Shown: in pieces, positions 54,058 through 63,469 of the stretch
How positions within the stretch are numbered: the stretch's first letter is position 1
Layout: every line of letters starts with the position of its first letter
Assembly: GCA_964658485.1 (NCBI GenBank)
Contig: CAZZYX010000006.1
Span: 419 to 64,418, forward strand
Length of the DNA: 64,000 nucleotides
From: an uncultured Acetobacteraceae bacterium
GTDB lineage: Bacteria > Pseudomonadota > Alphaproteobacteria > Sphingomonadales > Sphingomonadaceae
Direction of reading: 5' to 3'
Program-made: the position numbers and the translations under genes
The notes under the pieces: model-generated
What the model saw: the letters and a program-made list of their open reading frames with translations, nothing else
Database searches by the model: none
Told to the model about the DNA's origin: nothing

Positions 54058-56135
54058 AGCATCGCGTCCAGCCGGAGTGGGCCCGGTCCGCCAGCGGCGG
54101 GATCGGAATAGGATGGCTCGCCATTTTCGACATGGCCTGCCATTCGCCAGCCCTGGCCTCCGGCCATGAACTGCCGGTCATACCAGCCGTGGCTATCCGT
54201 CAGGTTCAGGGCGATGCCGCGCGCTTCTCCGCCTGCCAGCACGATCACATCGGGAGCGGCGCCGTAGGCCCGGTCGGTCATGGCGATGGACTGGCGGGTC
54301 GCGGTGAGATTCTCGACGCGCAACGAGGAATGGCCGTCCGCGATGGAAACCGAGAAGATATCGCTTCTCCCAGTCAGGCGCCGATGGAAGCCGTTGGGGC
54401 CATGGACGAAAATGTCCGTGGCCCCAACGGAGACAGGCAGCGGGTGAGCAAGTTGTTTTCCTGCCGCTACCGTATACCGCGCCGATACTTCGTCGAGGCG
54501 ATTGACGTCGTAGACAAGGAAGACCGCCGCTCGCTCAGCCGAATGGTTGGCAAACCACAAAGCGTGGTTGGTGCCCGCAACCCGCAACCGGGCGTCCAGT
54601 TTATAAGGCGTGGCCCGCCGGCGTCGCAGGCCGGTTTCCTGCACCGGGGCGATACCCTGATCCGGGAGGGGTGGCTGGATTTCCACGAGCTTGGCCGCAT
54701 GCTTGGAGAGGGCAGCGGTGGCCGGCAGTGCGGCCAGGAAATCGAGCGTATCGGGCGCACTGAAATCGAAACAGGATGTCAGATCACCGCATACGGCTCG
54801 TCGCCAGGCGCTGATATTCGGCTCATGGACGCCGAAGCGGGCTTCGAGGAAGCGCAGGATGCTGGTGTGGTCGAACACCTCGGACGCGACATGCCCGCCC
54901 CTGCTCCAGGGCGATATCACATACATCGGCACCCGCATGCCAAGCCCGTAGGGCCGGTCCAGATACACCGCGTCTGCGGCCGATTGGGAATGGACGTGAT
55001 ACTCGTCGTCGGCTGGAATGCTGGTCGCGCCGACCATGCGTCCCGCCACGCGTGCCGGCGGAGCGGGCGGTGGCACATGGTCGAACAACCCGTCGTTCTC
55101 GTCGAAATTGACCAGCAGTACTGCGCGCGCCCACACCTCCGGATTAGCGGTGAGCGCATCGAGCACTCGCGCCACATAGTCCGCGCCCTGCAGCGGGCTG
55201 GAGGCACTAGGATGCTCCGATTGGGCGGCAGGGGCGATGATCCATGACACCTCTGGCAGTCGCCTGGCCGTCACGTCCTGCCGCAGATCGTCGAGCGAGC
55301 GGGTCGTCATCGTACGGCGCGAAAGCGGTGTCGCTGCCTCCGACTGGCGATAGCGCTGGAACCCGACCAGCGGATTGTCGGTGAAGTTGTCCGCCATGTC
55401 CTGATAGATCTGAAAACCGACGCCGGCGGTCATCAGGCGTTCCGGGTAGGTCGTCCAGCGATAGCCGCCATGGTGCCGTGGATCGGCGGCCTGGCTGTCG
55501 TAGCCGTTGTCGATGGCGGGGCCGTTGCCCTTTGCCTGCGGATCATGCGTGCCAGTCCAGATGTAGAGCCGGTTGGGATTGGTGCACAGGTGCATCGCGC
55601 TGTGATAGGCGTCGCACAGGGTAAACGCCTCGGCGAGGCCATACTGGAACGGCAGATCCTCGCGGGTGAAATGCGCCATCGCGTGATTGTGCTTGGCTCG
55701 CGGCCATGCGCCCATCCGTCCGTTGTCCCAAGCCGCCTGGCTGTCGACGAAGCCATGGGGCGTGCCGAGCGGGCGATAGAGGCGGAAGTCCACGGAGGTA
55801 TCGAGCCGGAACGGGGTAATCAACGCCGGCTCAGCTCCCGGATGCTCGTTCGGCTGGACTAGCACGGTGCGATCCAGCGCGTTCGGTAGCGGCGGGGCGG
55901 GGATGGCGAAGCGGTCGCCATAGCCCCTCACCCCGCGCATCGTGCCGAAGTAATGGTCGAACGAGCGGTTCTCCTGAGTGAGGATGACGACATGGCCGAC
56001 ATCCTGCAACGTGCCCGTCCGACGATCGGCGGCAATCTCCAGCGCGCGGGCAATGGCGGGTGTAAACGTGCCCGCCACGCCCCCCGTCGCCATCAAGGCA
56101 CGGATGAAGCTGCGACGATCCTGCATCATCACCAT
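54054..56135 (-). CDS. Phosphocholine-specific phospholipase C paralogue, Tat-exported
   Basis: Tat leader MQDRRSFIRALMATGG and ..ILTQENRSFDHYFGTMRGVRGYGD.. Same architecture as the convergent neighbour. Confidence 0.9.
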   Translation of the reverse strand: MVMMQDRRSFIRALMATGGVAGTFTPAIARALEIAADRRTGTLQDVGHVVILTQENRSFDHYFGTMRGVRGYGDRFAIPAPPLPNALDRTVLVQPNEHPGAEPALITPFRLDTSVDFRLYRPLGTPHGFVDSQAAWDNGRMGAWPRAKHNHAMAHFTREDLPFQYGLAEAFTLCDAYHSAMHLCTNPNRLYIWTGTHDPQAKGNGPAIDNGYDSQAADPRHHGGYRWTTYPERLMTAGVGFQIYQDMADNFTDNPLVGFQRYRQSEAATPLSRRTMTTRSLDDLRQDVTARRLPEVSWIIAPAAQSEHPSASSPLQGADYVARVLDALTANPEVWARAVLLVNFDENDGLFDHVPPPAPPARVAGRMVGATSIPADDEYHVHSQSAADAVYLDRPYGLGMRVPMYVISPWSRGGHVASEVFDHTSILRFLEARFGVHEPNISAWRRAVCGDLTSCFDFSAPDTLDFLAALPATAALSKHAAKLVEIQPPLPDQGIAPVQETGLRRRRATPYKLDARLRVAGTNHALWFANHSAERAAVFLVYDVNRLDEVSARYTVAAGKQLAHPLPVSVGATDIFVHGPNGFHRRLTGRSDIFSVSIADGHSSLRVENLTATRQSIAMTDRAYGAAPDVIVLAGGEARGIALNLTDSHGWYDRQFMAGGQGWRMAGHVENGEPSYSDPAAGGPGPLRLDAML

Positions 56136-56204
56136 GCTCGTTCCTCAGTTGGTCGATATCGGACGCGGGTCGGTAAACTCTTCCGCAACCGCGCCGTAAC
56201 GGAT

Positions 56205-56216
56205 TGGTCTATACCA
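56205..56216. promoter_or_regulatory. HutC/GntR-type operator-like palindrome, copy 3 (TGGTCTATACCA)
   Basis: Lies in the 245-bp divergent region between PLC-2 and the TonB-dependent receptor. 10 of 12 positions are self-complementary. Confidence 0.5.
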
Positions 56217-56350
56217 TTGATATGACAATCAGGGGACGCTGAAGGTGCAACTTTCTAATCCGTTTTTGAATGTCGCAGAGAGTGATCAAAATCGTCGCGG
56301 GTTGGCTCAGCCTGTCACAAAGATGTAGCCGCCCCCTGCTTAGAGCCAAC

Positions 56351-56362
56351 TGGTTCATACCA
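56351..56362. promoter_or_regulatory. HutC/GntR-type operator-like palindrome, copy 4 (TGGTTCATACCA)
   Basis: Lies 19 nt upstream of the TonB-receptor ATG at 56381. Confidence 0.4.
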
Positions 56363-56380
56363 ATTGGCTGGGGGTCAATC

Positions 56381-59212
56381 ATGACATTACAATATTCTGT
56401 TCGGACCATCTGCCCGAACGTCAGGAGCTTCTTGCTGGCCACGGTCGCGGCGATCGTCGGCGTCAATCCCGGCGTTGCGTTCGCGCAGCCAGCAACCGGC
56501 GAGGACGTTACCGCAGAGCGGTATTCGGGCGATAAGCCCGCGCCGAGTAGCTCGGACGGGGCGATCGTCGTGACCGGCTACCGAATGTCGCTGGGTAAAG
56601 CGCGCGCCATCAAGAAGGACTCGGTTATCGAGAAAGACGTGATCGTCGCTGAAGATATCGCGAAATTCCCTGAACTGAACCTCGCCGAATCGCTGCAGCG
56701 CCTGCCGGGCATACAGATCACTCGCGAAGCAGGCGAAGGCCGGCGTATTTCGTTGCGTGGTCTCGGCCCGGATTTCTCCCGCGTGCAGCTCAACGGCATG
56801 GAAGTGCTCGGCAATGTCGACTCGGCGGAAGACAGCCGGGGCCAGCGCACCCGTGACCGCGCGTTCGACTTCAACATCTTCGCCTCGGAACTGTTTTCCA
56901 AAGTGGAGGTGGAAAAGACCTTCGAGGCGGCCCAGAACGAGGGCGGCATGGCCGGCACGGTCGGCCTGTTCACCGGCAAACCGTTCGATTACAAAACCGG
57001 TACAACCGGCGCGATCTCGGGCAAGCTGGGCAGCAACCAGTATACCAAGGATGCGCAACCGCGCGTCGCCGCACAGTTCAGCCAGAATTGGGGCAATAAT
57101 TTTGGCGTGCTGGTCTCGGTCGCATATAGCAAGCGCAAGACTACCGAGCAGGGTCACGATACGTACAACTATGACCAGTTGAGCCAGTCAGATGCGAAGT
57201 CACTGGTCGACAGCGGCCTGAACATTTCCCATCTGACCGCCGCCCAGCAAGCCAAGTTCCTGTCCGGCGACCTTTTGTTCGCCGACGGCAACCGCATCTC
57301 CTCGTTCAATTCGACACAGGAGCGCCTGGGCATAACCGGCGCGGTGCAGTGGAAACCGGCGAACAATCTGCTGCTGACGCTCGACCTGTTGCATGGCCAG
57401 TACACCACCCATCGCGAAGAGTATCATCTGGCTACCCGACCAATCGCGAGCGGCACGAATTCCTTCGCATTCGACGGCCCGGCGGGGACTCCATGGCCGG
57501 CTGCCTTCCAGACCGCATCCACCATCAATGACCTGCGGTGGGACGCCAACAATTACGTCACCAAAACCGACGTGACCGGGACGACTTTCGGTAGTGAAAA
57601 TCGCCGGTCGCTGAACAAGAACAACTTCAACCAAGCGGCGCTGACGGCCAAATGGGATATGACGGACAAGCTCTCGATCGACGGCCATGGCGGCTATGAA
57701 AAGTCGACGTACAAGACGCCTTACGACGACAAGTTCTACATGCGCGCCAAGGGCAACCAGATCGCCGATTACGGCACGGACGGCAAGTCGGCCAATTTCT
57801 CGTATCCGGGCTTCAATGCCACCGACCCGACCAATTACACGATGGACGATTTCTACTACCGCGCCTTCAATAATCAGTCACAGTTGCAGGAAGGTGTGCT
57901 GAACGCCCACTACAAGCTGTCCGACGCGCTGACACTGCGCGCCGGAGGAGCCTATCACCGCTTTTCTCAAGCCGGCGAGGACCTGTTCTATGACGGCGGC
58001 GTCAATGGCACTAACGGAGAGGCGCGAGGCACTTCGGTCACCGGCATCACCGACGTATTCAGCAACAGCTTCGGTTCGTGGCTGGTCGGCGATTACCCCG
58101 CAGGCTTTGCGAAATACCATGAATACCACCGGCTCGGGCCAAAGTCCGACGGAACGGGCGGCGCGATCCAGGATATCGAGAACGTCTACAACACCACGGA
58201 ACGGACTTTTTCCGAATACGTCCAGGTGGATTGGGACAGCCACCTGTTCGGCTTGCGCTTTCGCGGCAATGTCGGCGCGCGCGGCTATCAGACCAAAACC
58301 CATAGTAGCGGGTGGATCCAGGGCGACAGCTATGCCTATCTCGGCACGACCAATGTCGAAGGCAGCTATTCGGGCGTGCTGCCGGCGCTGAATACCGTGC
58401 TGGAAGTAACGCCGGATCTGCTGGTGCGCTTCGCCGCCTCGCAGAATCTCAACCGCCCAAGCCTGGATTCGATCGCAGCCAAGGGTTCGGCGACCCAGGA
58501 CGATTCCGGCGCGATCAGCGTGTCTCGCGGCAATCCGGCGCTCAAGCCGTTCAAGGATACCACGCTGGATTTTGCGGTGGAGTATTATTTCGGCAAGATC
58601 GGCCTGCTTTCGGGCAGCGTGTTCCACAAATGGATCAAGGATTTTATCGGTTCGGAGAGCCTGGAAAACGTTCCGTTCAGCCAGACGGGCGTCCCGTTCC
58701 AGACCATTCCTGGCGCAACGGCCAATACCATCGTCAAGGAGTTCGACCAGCCGATCAACGTCGCGGGCACCAAGCCGTTGACCGGTGTCGAAATAGCGGC
58801 GCAGGCGCAGTTCTCGTTCCTGCCGAAGCCGTTCAACAATCTGGGCATGACGACGAACTTCACGTATGTGGATGCCGACGCGACGCTGACCGGGTTCTCC
58901 AAGACCAGCTATAATGCGACACTCTATTACGAAACGAAACGTTGGGGTATGCGGGGTTCGTTGAGCCACCGCTCCAGCTACTATACCGAGCGTAGCACCG
59001 ATCCGATCAGCGCCGGCACGCGCGGGTTCGAGGGGTCCACCTATGTCGACGCCGCAGCCTTCATCAACGTCTCTGACAAATTCCAGCTAACAGCCAATGC
59101 GATCAATCTGACCAATCAGAAGGACACGCAATTCTGGTCTCAGTATCATTACCTCTACAACCAGACGCAAAGCGGCACGACCTACTCCGCCGGGTTCAGT
59201 TACAAGTTCTGA
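56381..59212 (+). CDS. TonB-dependent receptor
   Basis: ATG at 56381 gives signal peptide ..VNPGVAFAQ. TonB box AIVVTGYR, plug motifs (..LPGIQI.., ..RGLG..), and a C-terminal ..YSAGFSYKF. Confidence 0.9.
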   Translation: MTLQYSVRTICPNVRSFLLATVAAIVGVNPGVAFAQPATGEDVTAERYSGDKPAPSSSDGAIVVTGYRMSLGKARAIKKDSVIEKDVIVAEDIAKFPELNLAESLQRLPGIQITREAGEGRRISLRGLGPDFSRVQLNGMEVLGNVDSAEDSRGQRTRDRAFDFNIFASELFSKVEVEKTFEAAQNEGGMAGTVGLFTGKPFDYKTGTTGAISGKLGSNQYTKDAQPRVAAQFSQNWGNNFGVLVSVAYSKRKTTEQGHDTYNYDQLSQSDAKSLVDSGLNISHLTAAQQAKFLSGDLLFADGNRISSFNSTQERLGITGAVQWKPANNLLLTLDLLHGQYTTHREEYHLATRPIASGTNSFAFDGPAGTPWPAAFQTASTINDLRWDANNYVTKTDVTGTTFGSENRRSLNKNNFNQAALTAKWDMTDKLSIDGHGGYEKSTYKTPYDDKFYMRAKGNQIADYGTDGKSANFSYPGFNATDPTNYTMDDFYYRAFNNQSQLQEGVLNAHYKLSDALTLRAGGAYHRFSQAGEDLFYDGGVNGTNGEARGTSVTGITDVFSNSFGSWLVGDYPAGFAKYHEYHRLGPKSDGTGGAIQDIENVYNTTERTFSEYVQVDWDSHLFGLRFRGNVGARGYQTKTHSSGWIQGDSYAYLGTTNVEGSYSGVLPALNTVLEVTPDLLVRFAASQNLNRPSLDSIAAKGSATQDDSGAISVSRGNPALKPFKDTTLDFAVEYYFGKIGLLSGSVFHKWIKDFIGSESLENVPFSQTGVPFQTIPGATANTIVKEFDQPINVAGTKPLTGVEIAAQAQFSFLPKPFNNLGMTTNFTYVDADATLTGFSKTSYNATLYYETKRWGMRGSLSHRSSYYTERSTDPISAGTRGFEGSTYVDAAAFINVSDKFQLTANAINLTNQKDTQFWSQYHYLYNQTQSGTTYSAGFSYKF

Positions 59213-59232
59213 GCGGACTCCCGTGGCAAATC

Positions 59233-59270
59233 GGGCACCTTCTCTTCGGAGCGGGTGCTCTCTTTCGGTT
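59233..59270 (+). terminator. Candidate intrinsic terminator after the TonB-receptor gene
   Basis: GGGCACC-tt-CTC TTCG GAG-cg-GGTGCTC (TTCG tetraloop with a 2-nt internal mismatch), followed by TCTTTCGGTT. Confidence 0.4.
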
Positions 59271-59280
59271 ATGTTGAATA

Positions 59281-59919
59281 ATGATCGTTTCCCATCGCCA
59301 CCGTTTCATTTTCGCCGCAGTGCCCAAGACGGGCACCCATTCCATGCGGCAGGCGCTGCGCGAGCAATTGGGCGACGAGGACATCGAGCAGGTCGGGCTG
59401 TTCGTGAACAAGCGCTTTCCGTGGGCCGATCTGGCGGCGATCCAGCACGGGCACCTGTCACTGCGGCAGGTGCGTCCGTATCTCGGCGAGGACGCCTTCA
59501 ACGGCTATTTCAAATTTGCCTTTGTGCGTAATCCGTTCGACCGGTTCGTCTCGTACTGCGCCTTCATGCTGCGCGGCGGCATGGATTTCCAGCAGCGGCC
59601 CCAGGACATGATGCGCCACTTTCTGTTCGAGGCGCCGCCCGAACACCATATCCTGTTCCAGCCGCAGGCATCCCTGCTGGTGGGCGACGATGGCCAAACC
59701 CTGCTGGTCGATGGCATAGGCCATGTCGAGGATATGCAGGGCTCGTACGATGCGCTCTGCGAGCGGATCGGCATCCCCTCGCGCTCGCTTAACCAAATCA
59801 ACGGCAGCAGTCATGGCGATTATCGACGGTATTATGACCAAGTTCTGATCGACGGCGTCGCCGAGCGCTACGCTCAGGATCTAAAGCTGTTCGGCTATGA
59901 TTTCGAAGGTATGAGATGA
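59281..59919 (+). CDS. Sulfotransferase family protein (family-2-like, PAPS-dependent)
   Basis: 5'-PSB-like FAAVPKTGTHSMRQAL at the N-terminus and 3'-PB-like FVRNPFDRFVSY. Confidence 0.8.
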   Translation: MIVSHRHRFIFAAVPKTGTHSMRQALREQLGDEDIEQVGLFVNKRFPWADLAAIQHGHLSLRQVRPYLGEDAFNGYFKFAFVRNPFDRFVSYCAFMLRGGMDFQQRPQDMMRHFLFEAPPEHHILFQPQASLLVGDDGQTLLVDGIGHVEDMQGSYDALCERIGIPSRSLNQINGSSHGDYRRYYDQVLIDGVAERYAQDLKLFGYDFEGMR

Positions 59920-60545
59920 CCCTCGCCATGGTCCGCCCCGCAGCTAACCCGCGCAAGACCACTTCGGTACGCAAGCTCGGCACAGTCGATATCGCCTTGC
60001 TGAAGGTAGCCGTGAGGGCTGTTCCCGATAGCGTGTGGGACGCGGAGAATGCCGCCAAGCCGAACCGGTTCGCGGTGCTGGATGAGACATGCCACATCGT
60101 TTTGCGCTTTATCGACAGCCCGCGTGACTGGCGCCATTCGCATGATCGCGCAGCCTGGCCGCAATGGCGCGGTGTGCTGGAGCCGGTGCTGGCGCAGGCG
60201 GTTCGCGGCTATGGCTATGCGCGCGGCCTGTTTCCGAGAGTGATGCTGGCGAAATTGCCTCCCGGTGGCGTGATCCACCCGCACATTGATGCTAATCCGG
60301 CGGCGAAGTGGCCGCACAAGATTCATGTGCCGGTGACGACTAACGGCGGGGTAATATCCTGCTTCGGCGGCGGCGAACATCATTTCCCGCCCGGCGAGGC
60401 AGTGGAGGTCGACAACCTCGGCCCGCACTGGGTGCGCAACAGCGGCGAGACCGACCGTATCCATTTGATCTTCGAATATTATGATGCCGATCAGCCGGAC
60501 CCGAGCTGGCTGGAGCCGTTCCTGCTTGCCGGGGCAACGCGGTGA
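59916..60545 (+). CDS. Aspartyl/asparaginyl beta-hydroxylase-domain (cupin, Fe/2OG) protein
   Basis: ..GGVIHPHIDAN..WPHKIHVPV.. and ..AVEVDNLGPHWVRNSGETDRIHLIFEY give HxD...H ligands. Its ATG overlaps the upstream stop (ATGA). Confidence 0.8.
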   Translation: MTLAMVRPAANPRKTTSVRKLGTVDIALLKVAVRAVPDSVWDAENAAKPNRFAVLDETCHIVLRFIDSPRDWRHSHDRAAWPQWRGVLEPVLAQAVRGYGYARGLFPRVMLAKLPPGGVIHPHIDANPAAKWPHKIHVPVTTNGGVISCFGGGEHHFPPGEAVEVDNLGPHWVRNSGETDRIHLIFEYYDADQPDPSWLEPFLLAGATR

Positions 60546-62464
60546 ACGTCTCCGCCGTTACGCATGATGCGCGCGACGCGCTGTTGCGGGAAGCAATATC
60601 CCTGCGCTCCCGCCGGCGCGTCTCGGAAGCGTTGGCGACACTGGCGCGGCTGGAGGCGCTGCATCCCCGGTTCAGTCGGCTGTTTCAGGAGCGCGGACAC
60701 TGCCATGTCCAGCTTGGGAATGCGCCGGCTGCGATCGACGCGTTGCGAGAGGCGGTCGCTCTCAACCCGACGCTGCCGGCAAGCTGGGATATGCTGGAAC
60801 AGCTTTACCGGATGCAGGGCGATACGGCCCTTGCGGCTACGGCGGCTGAGCATCTGGCAACGCTGGGACAGCTTCCACGGGAAATCGTCGTAGCGAACAG
60901 CCTGTTCGTCGACGGCGACCTGTCACCGGCGGAAGATGTCATCCGGGACTACCTGAAGGTGGATGCCGGAAATGTTGGCGCGCTGCGCCTGTTGGCACGG
61001 ATTTGCCAGGAGCGCGACGCACTCGGCGAGGCAGAGGCGTTGCTGGCATCTGTACTTGAGCGCGCGCCCGACTACGATGCGGCGCGCTTCGATTATGCTG
61101 CGGTATTGTTGTTGCAGCAAAGGCACCTGCAGGCGCGGCAGCAGGCGGCGCATTTGCTGCAATGCGATCCTGAAAATCGCGCATACCTGAAGCAATATTG
61201 CGCTGCATGTATCGGCCTGGGCGACCATGAACCGGTAATCGCCCTGTGCGACAAGCTGCTGGCGGCCCAATCCCAAACGGGGCCGGAAGTGGCCGACTTG
61301 CGGCTGTGGCGAGCGAATGCGCTGAAGATCACGGGCAGGCCGCAGGAAGCTATTGTCGATTACCGCGCGTCACTGAGAGCGCGCCCTGAATATGGCGTGG
61401 CTTGGTTCAGCCTGGCGAACCTCAAGACCTATCGCTTCGCCGATGACGAGATCGCGCGCATGCGTGTCGCAGAACGTGACCCTGCCGCTCAAGACATGGG
61501 CCGCAGCTACCTGTGTTTCGCACTGGGCAAGGCGCTGGAGGATCATGGCGATTACGCATCCTCGTGGCAATATTACGAGCGCGGCAATGCGGTTCGGCGT
61601 CTGGCCAGCCGCTATCGCCCTGAAGTCGCAGAAGCCTGCGTGCGTCGCTTAAAGCAGGTTTTTACCGCCAAATTCTTCGCCACCCGCAGCGGCTGGGGCG
61701 TGGACGATCCAGCACCGATCTTCATCCTGGGGTTGCCCCGGTCAGGCTCGACTTTGATCGAGCAGATATTGGCGTCGCATTCTTGCGTGGAGGGTACGCA
61801 GGAACTTACCGAAATTACCCGCTGTGCAGCCGCGCTTTGCGGAGCCGATCCGGATTGCGGCTTGCCGCTGCACCCTGAGGCGTTGCAGAACCTGACTGCA
61901 GCGCAAGCACGGACGCTCGGGACGCGCTTTTTAGCCGAGACCACTACCTATCGCCGGCTGGGCAGGCGGTTCTTCATCGACAAGATGCCGAACAATTTCT
62001 GGCATATCGGGCTGATCCAGCTGATACTACCCCGCTCGATCATCATCGATGTCCGACGCGAACCACTCGCCTGCTGCTTCAGCAACTTCAAGCAATTGTT
62101 CGGCACCAACAACCAGGAATTCACGTATGGCATTGACGACATTGGCCGCCACTACCGCGCCTACCTCGATCTTATGCGCCATTGGGACGACGTGTTGCCG
62201 AGGCGGGTGCTGAGGGTACATTACGAGGACGTGGTGGAGGATCTGGAAGGCAGCGTGCGGCGTCTGCTGGAGCATTGCGGCCTGCCCTTCGAGCCTGCCT
62301 GCCTGACCTTTCACGAGACCCGGCGTAGCGTGCGTACACCCAGTTCCGAGCAGGTGCGCAAGCCCATCGGCCGGGATGGTCTCGCGCAATGGCGGCACTA
62401 TGCGCCATGGTTGGCGCCATTGCGCGACGCGCTAGGCGATGCAATGACCCGCTACAGGACCTGA
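60542..62464 (+). CDS. TPR-repeat-containing sulfotransferase family protein
   Basis: About 350 aa of TPR-like repeats, then IFILGLPRSGSTLIEQILASH (5'-PSB, TPST-like PRSG[ST]T) and IIIDVRREPLACCFSNF (3'-PB). Its GTG overlaps the upstream stop (GTGA). Confidence 0.85.
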   Translation: MNVSAVTHDARDALLREAISLRSRRRVSEALATLARLEALHPRFSRLFQERGHCHVQLGNAPAAIDALREAVALNPTLPASWDMLEQLYRMQGDTALAATAAEHLATLGQLPREIVVANSLFVDGDLSPAEDVIRDYLKVDAGNVGALRLLARICQERDALGEAEALLASVLERAPDYDAARFDYAAVLLLQQRHLQARQQAAHLLQCDPENRAYLKQYCAACIGLGDHEPVIALCDKLLAAQSQTGPEVADLRLWRANALKITGRPQEAIVDYRASLRARPEYGVAWFSLANLKTYRFADDEIARMRVAERDPAAQDMGRSYLCFALGKALEDHGDYASSWQYYERGNAVRRLASRYRPEVAEACVRRLKQVFTAKFFATRSGWGVDDPAPIFILGLPRSGSTLIEQILASHSCVEGTQELTEITRCAAALCGADPDCGLPLHPEALQNLTAAQARTLGTRFLAETTTYRRLGRRFFIDKMPNNFWHIGLIQLILPRSIIIDVRREPLACCFSNFKQLFGTNNQEFTYGIDDIGRHYRAYLDLMRHWDDVLPRRVLRVHYEDVVEDLEGSVRRLLEHCGLPFEPACLTFHETRRSVRTPSSEQVRKPIGRDGLAQWRHYAPWLAPLRDALGDAMTRYRT

Positions 62465-62467
62465 CCC

Positions 62468-63415
62468 ATGCGGCTGACGCAACCGTTTTTTCAACTCCCC
62501 GTGTTCTTCGATGTGGCGCACCTGGAGGCTGAGGTTGCAGCGTTGCCGGGCAGGGCATGGGTGCCGCACCCGGACAGCGTCCCCGGCAACAGTGCAACTC
62601 GGTTGATCAGCGCCGGGGGCGGCGAGACCGATAGCAACCATGGGCAGATGCTGCAGACGCCCTGGCTCGCGACGATGCCCTACCTGCGCCAGGTCCTCGC
62701 CGGCTTTGGCGTGGTGTGGAGCCGCTCGCGGCTGATGGGCCTTGCGCCGGGAGCGCGCGTTCCCGAACATGCGGATATCAATTACCACTGGCATTCGCGA
62801 GTGCGGTTGCATATTCCGATCGTCACCTCGCCGGAAGTCCGGTTCCACTGCGACGGACAATCCGTACACATGGCTGCGGGTGAAGCCTGGATCTTCGACA
62901 ACTGGCGCCGGCACCATGTGGATAACAACGGTAGCGCAACGCGCATCCATCTGGTTGCGGACACCTCCGGTACGGCGGCCTTCTGGCAGTTCGCTTGCGG
63001 GCAGGCGCCGCCTCGGCGTGAATGGCGGACGGTATCCTGGAGCCCCCAGAGCAGTCCGCAACTCCTCACCGAGAACGACCAGCGCTCGCCGGTAATGCCA
63101 GCCGCTGAAGTGCAGTTGCTGGTTGACGATTTGCGCGCGGAACTGGTGGTTGCCAGCGATACCGCTGAGGTCAGGACGCGCGCTGCACGGTTTGGCACGC
63201 TGCTGCAAAGCTTTGTGCACGATTGGCGCCAGCTCTGCGCGCTGCATGGCGTCAGTGGGCATGCTCGATCTGACTTCCTGCGCCTCGCCAGCGCCTTGCG
63301 CGAAGGCGCAGAGCCGCTTGCAGACGGGCTGGTAATGCGTACCAACGCTGTCGGCGCGTTGTTGGTGCTCGAAAAGCGCGTGCTTCAGCATCTGGTGGCA
63401 AACGGATTAAGCTAG
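62468..63415 (+). CDS. Aspartyl/asparaginyl beta-hydroxylase-like cupin protein with ~130-aa C-terminal extension
   Basis: ..RVPEHADINYHWHSRVRLHIPIVT.. and ..GEAWIFDNWRRHHVDNNGSATRIHLVAD give HxD...H ligands. It starts 3 nt after the preceding stop. Confidence 0.7.
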   Translation: MRLTQPFFQLPVFFDVAHLEAEVAALPGRAWVPHPDSVPGNSATRLISAGGGETDSNHGQMLQTPWLATMPYLRQVLAGFGVVWSRSRLMGLAPGARVPEHADINYHWHSRVRLHIPIVTSPEVRFHCDGQSVHMAAGEAWIFDNWRRHHVDNNGSATRIHLVADTSGTAAFWQFACGQAPPRREWRTVSWSPQSSPQLLTENDQRSPVMPAAEVQLLVDDLRAELVVASDTAEVRTRAARFGTLLQSFVHDWRQLCALHGVSGHARSDFLRLASALREGAEPLADGLVMRTNAVGALLVLEKRVLQHLVANGLS

Positions 63416-63469
63416 ACTAGCCTGATGGAAGCAAGCCGATAGAGTGCGAGAGTACCTGCGAGAATTGTC

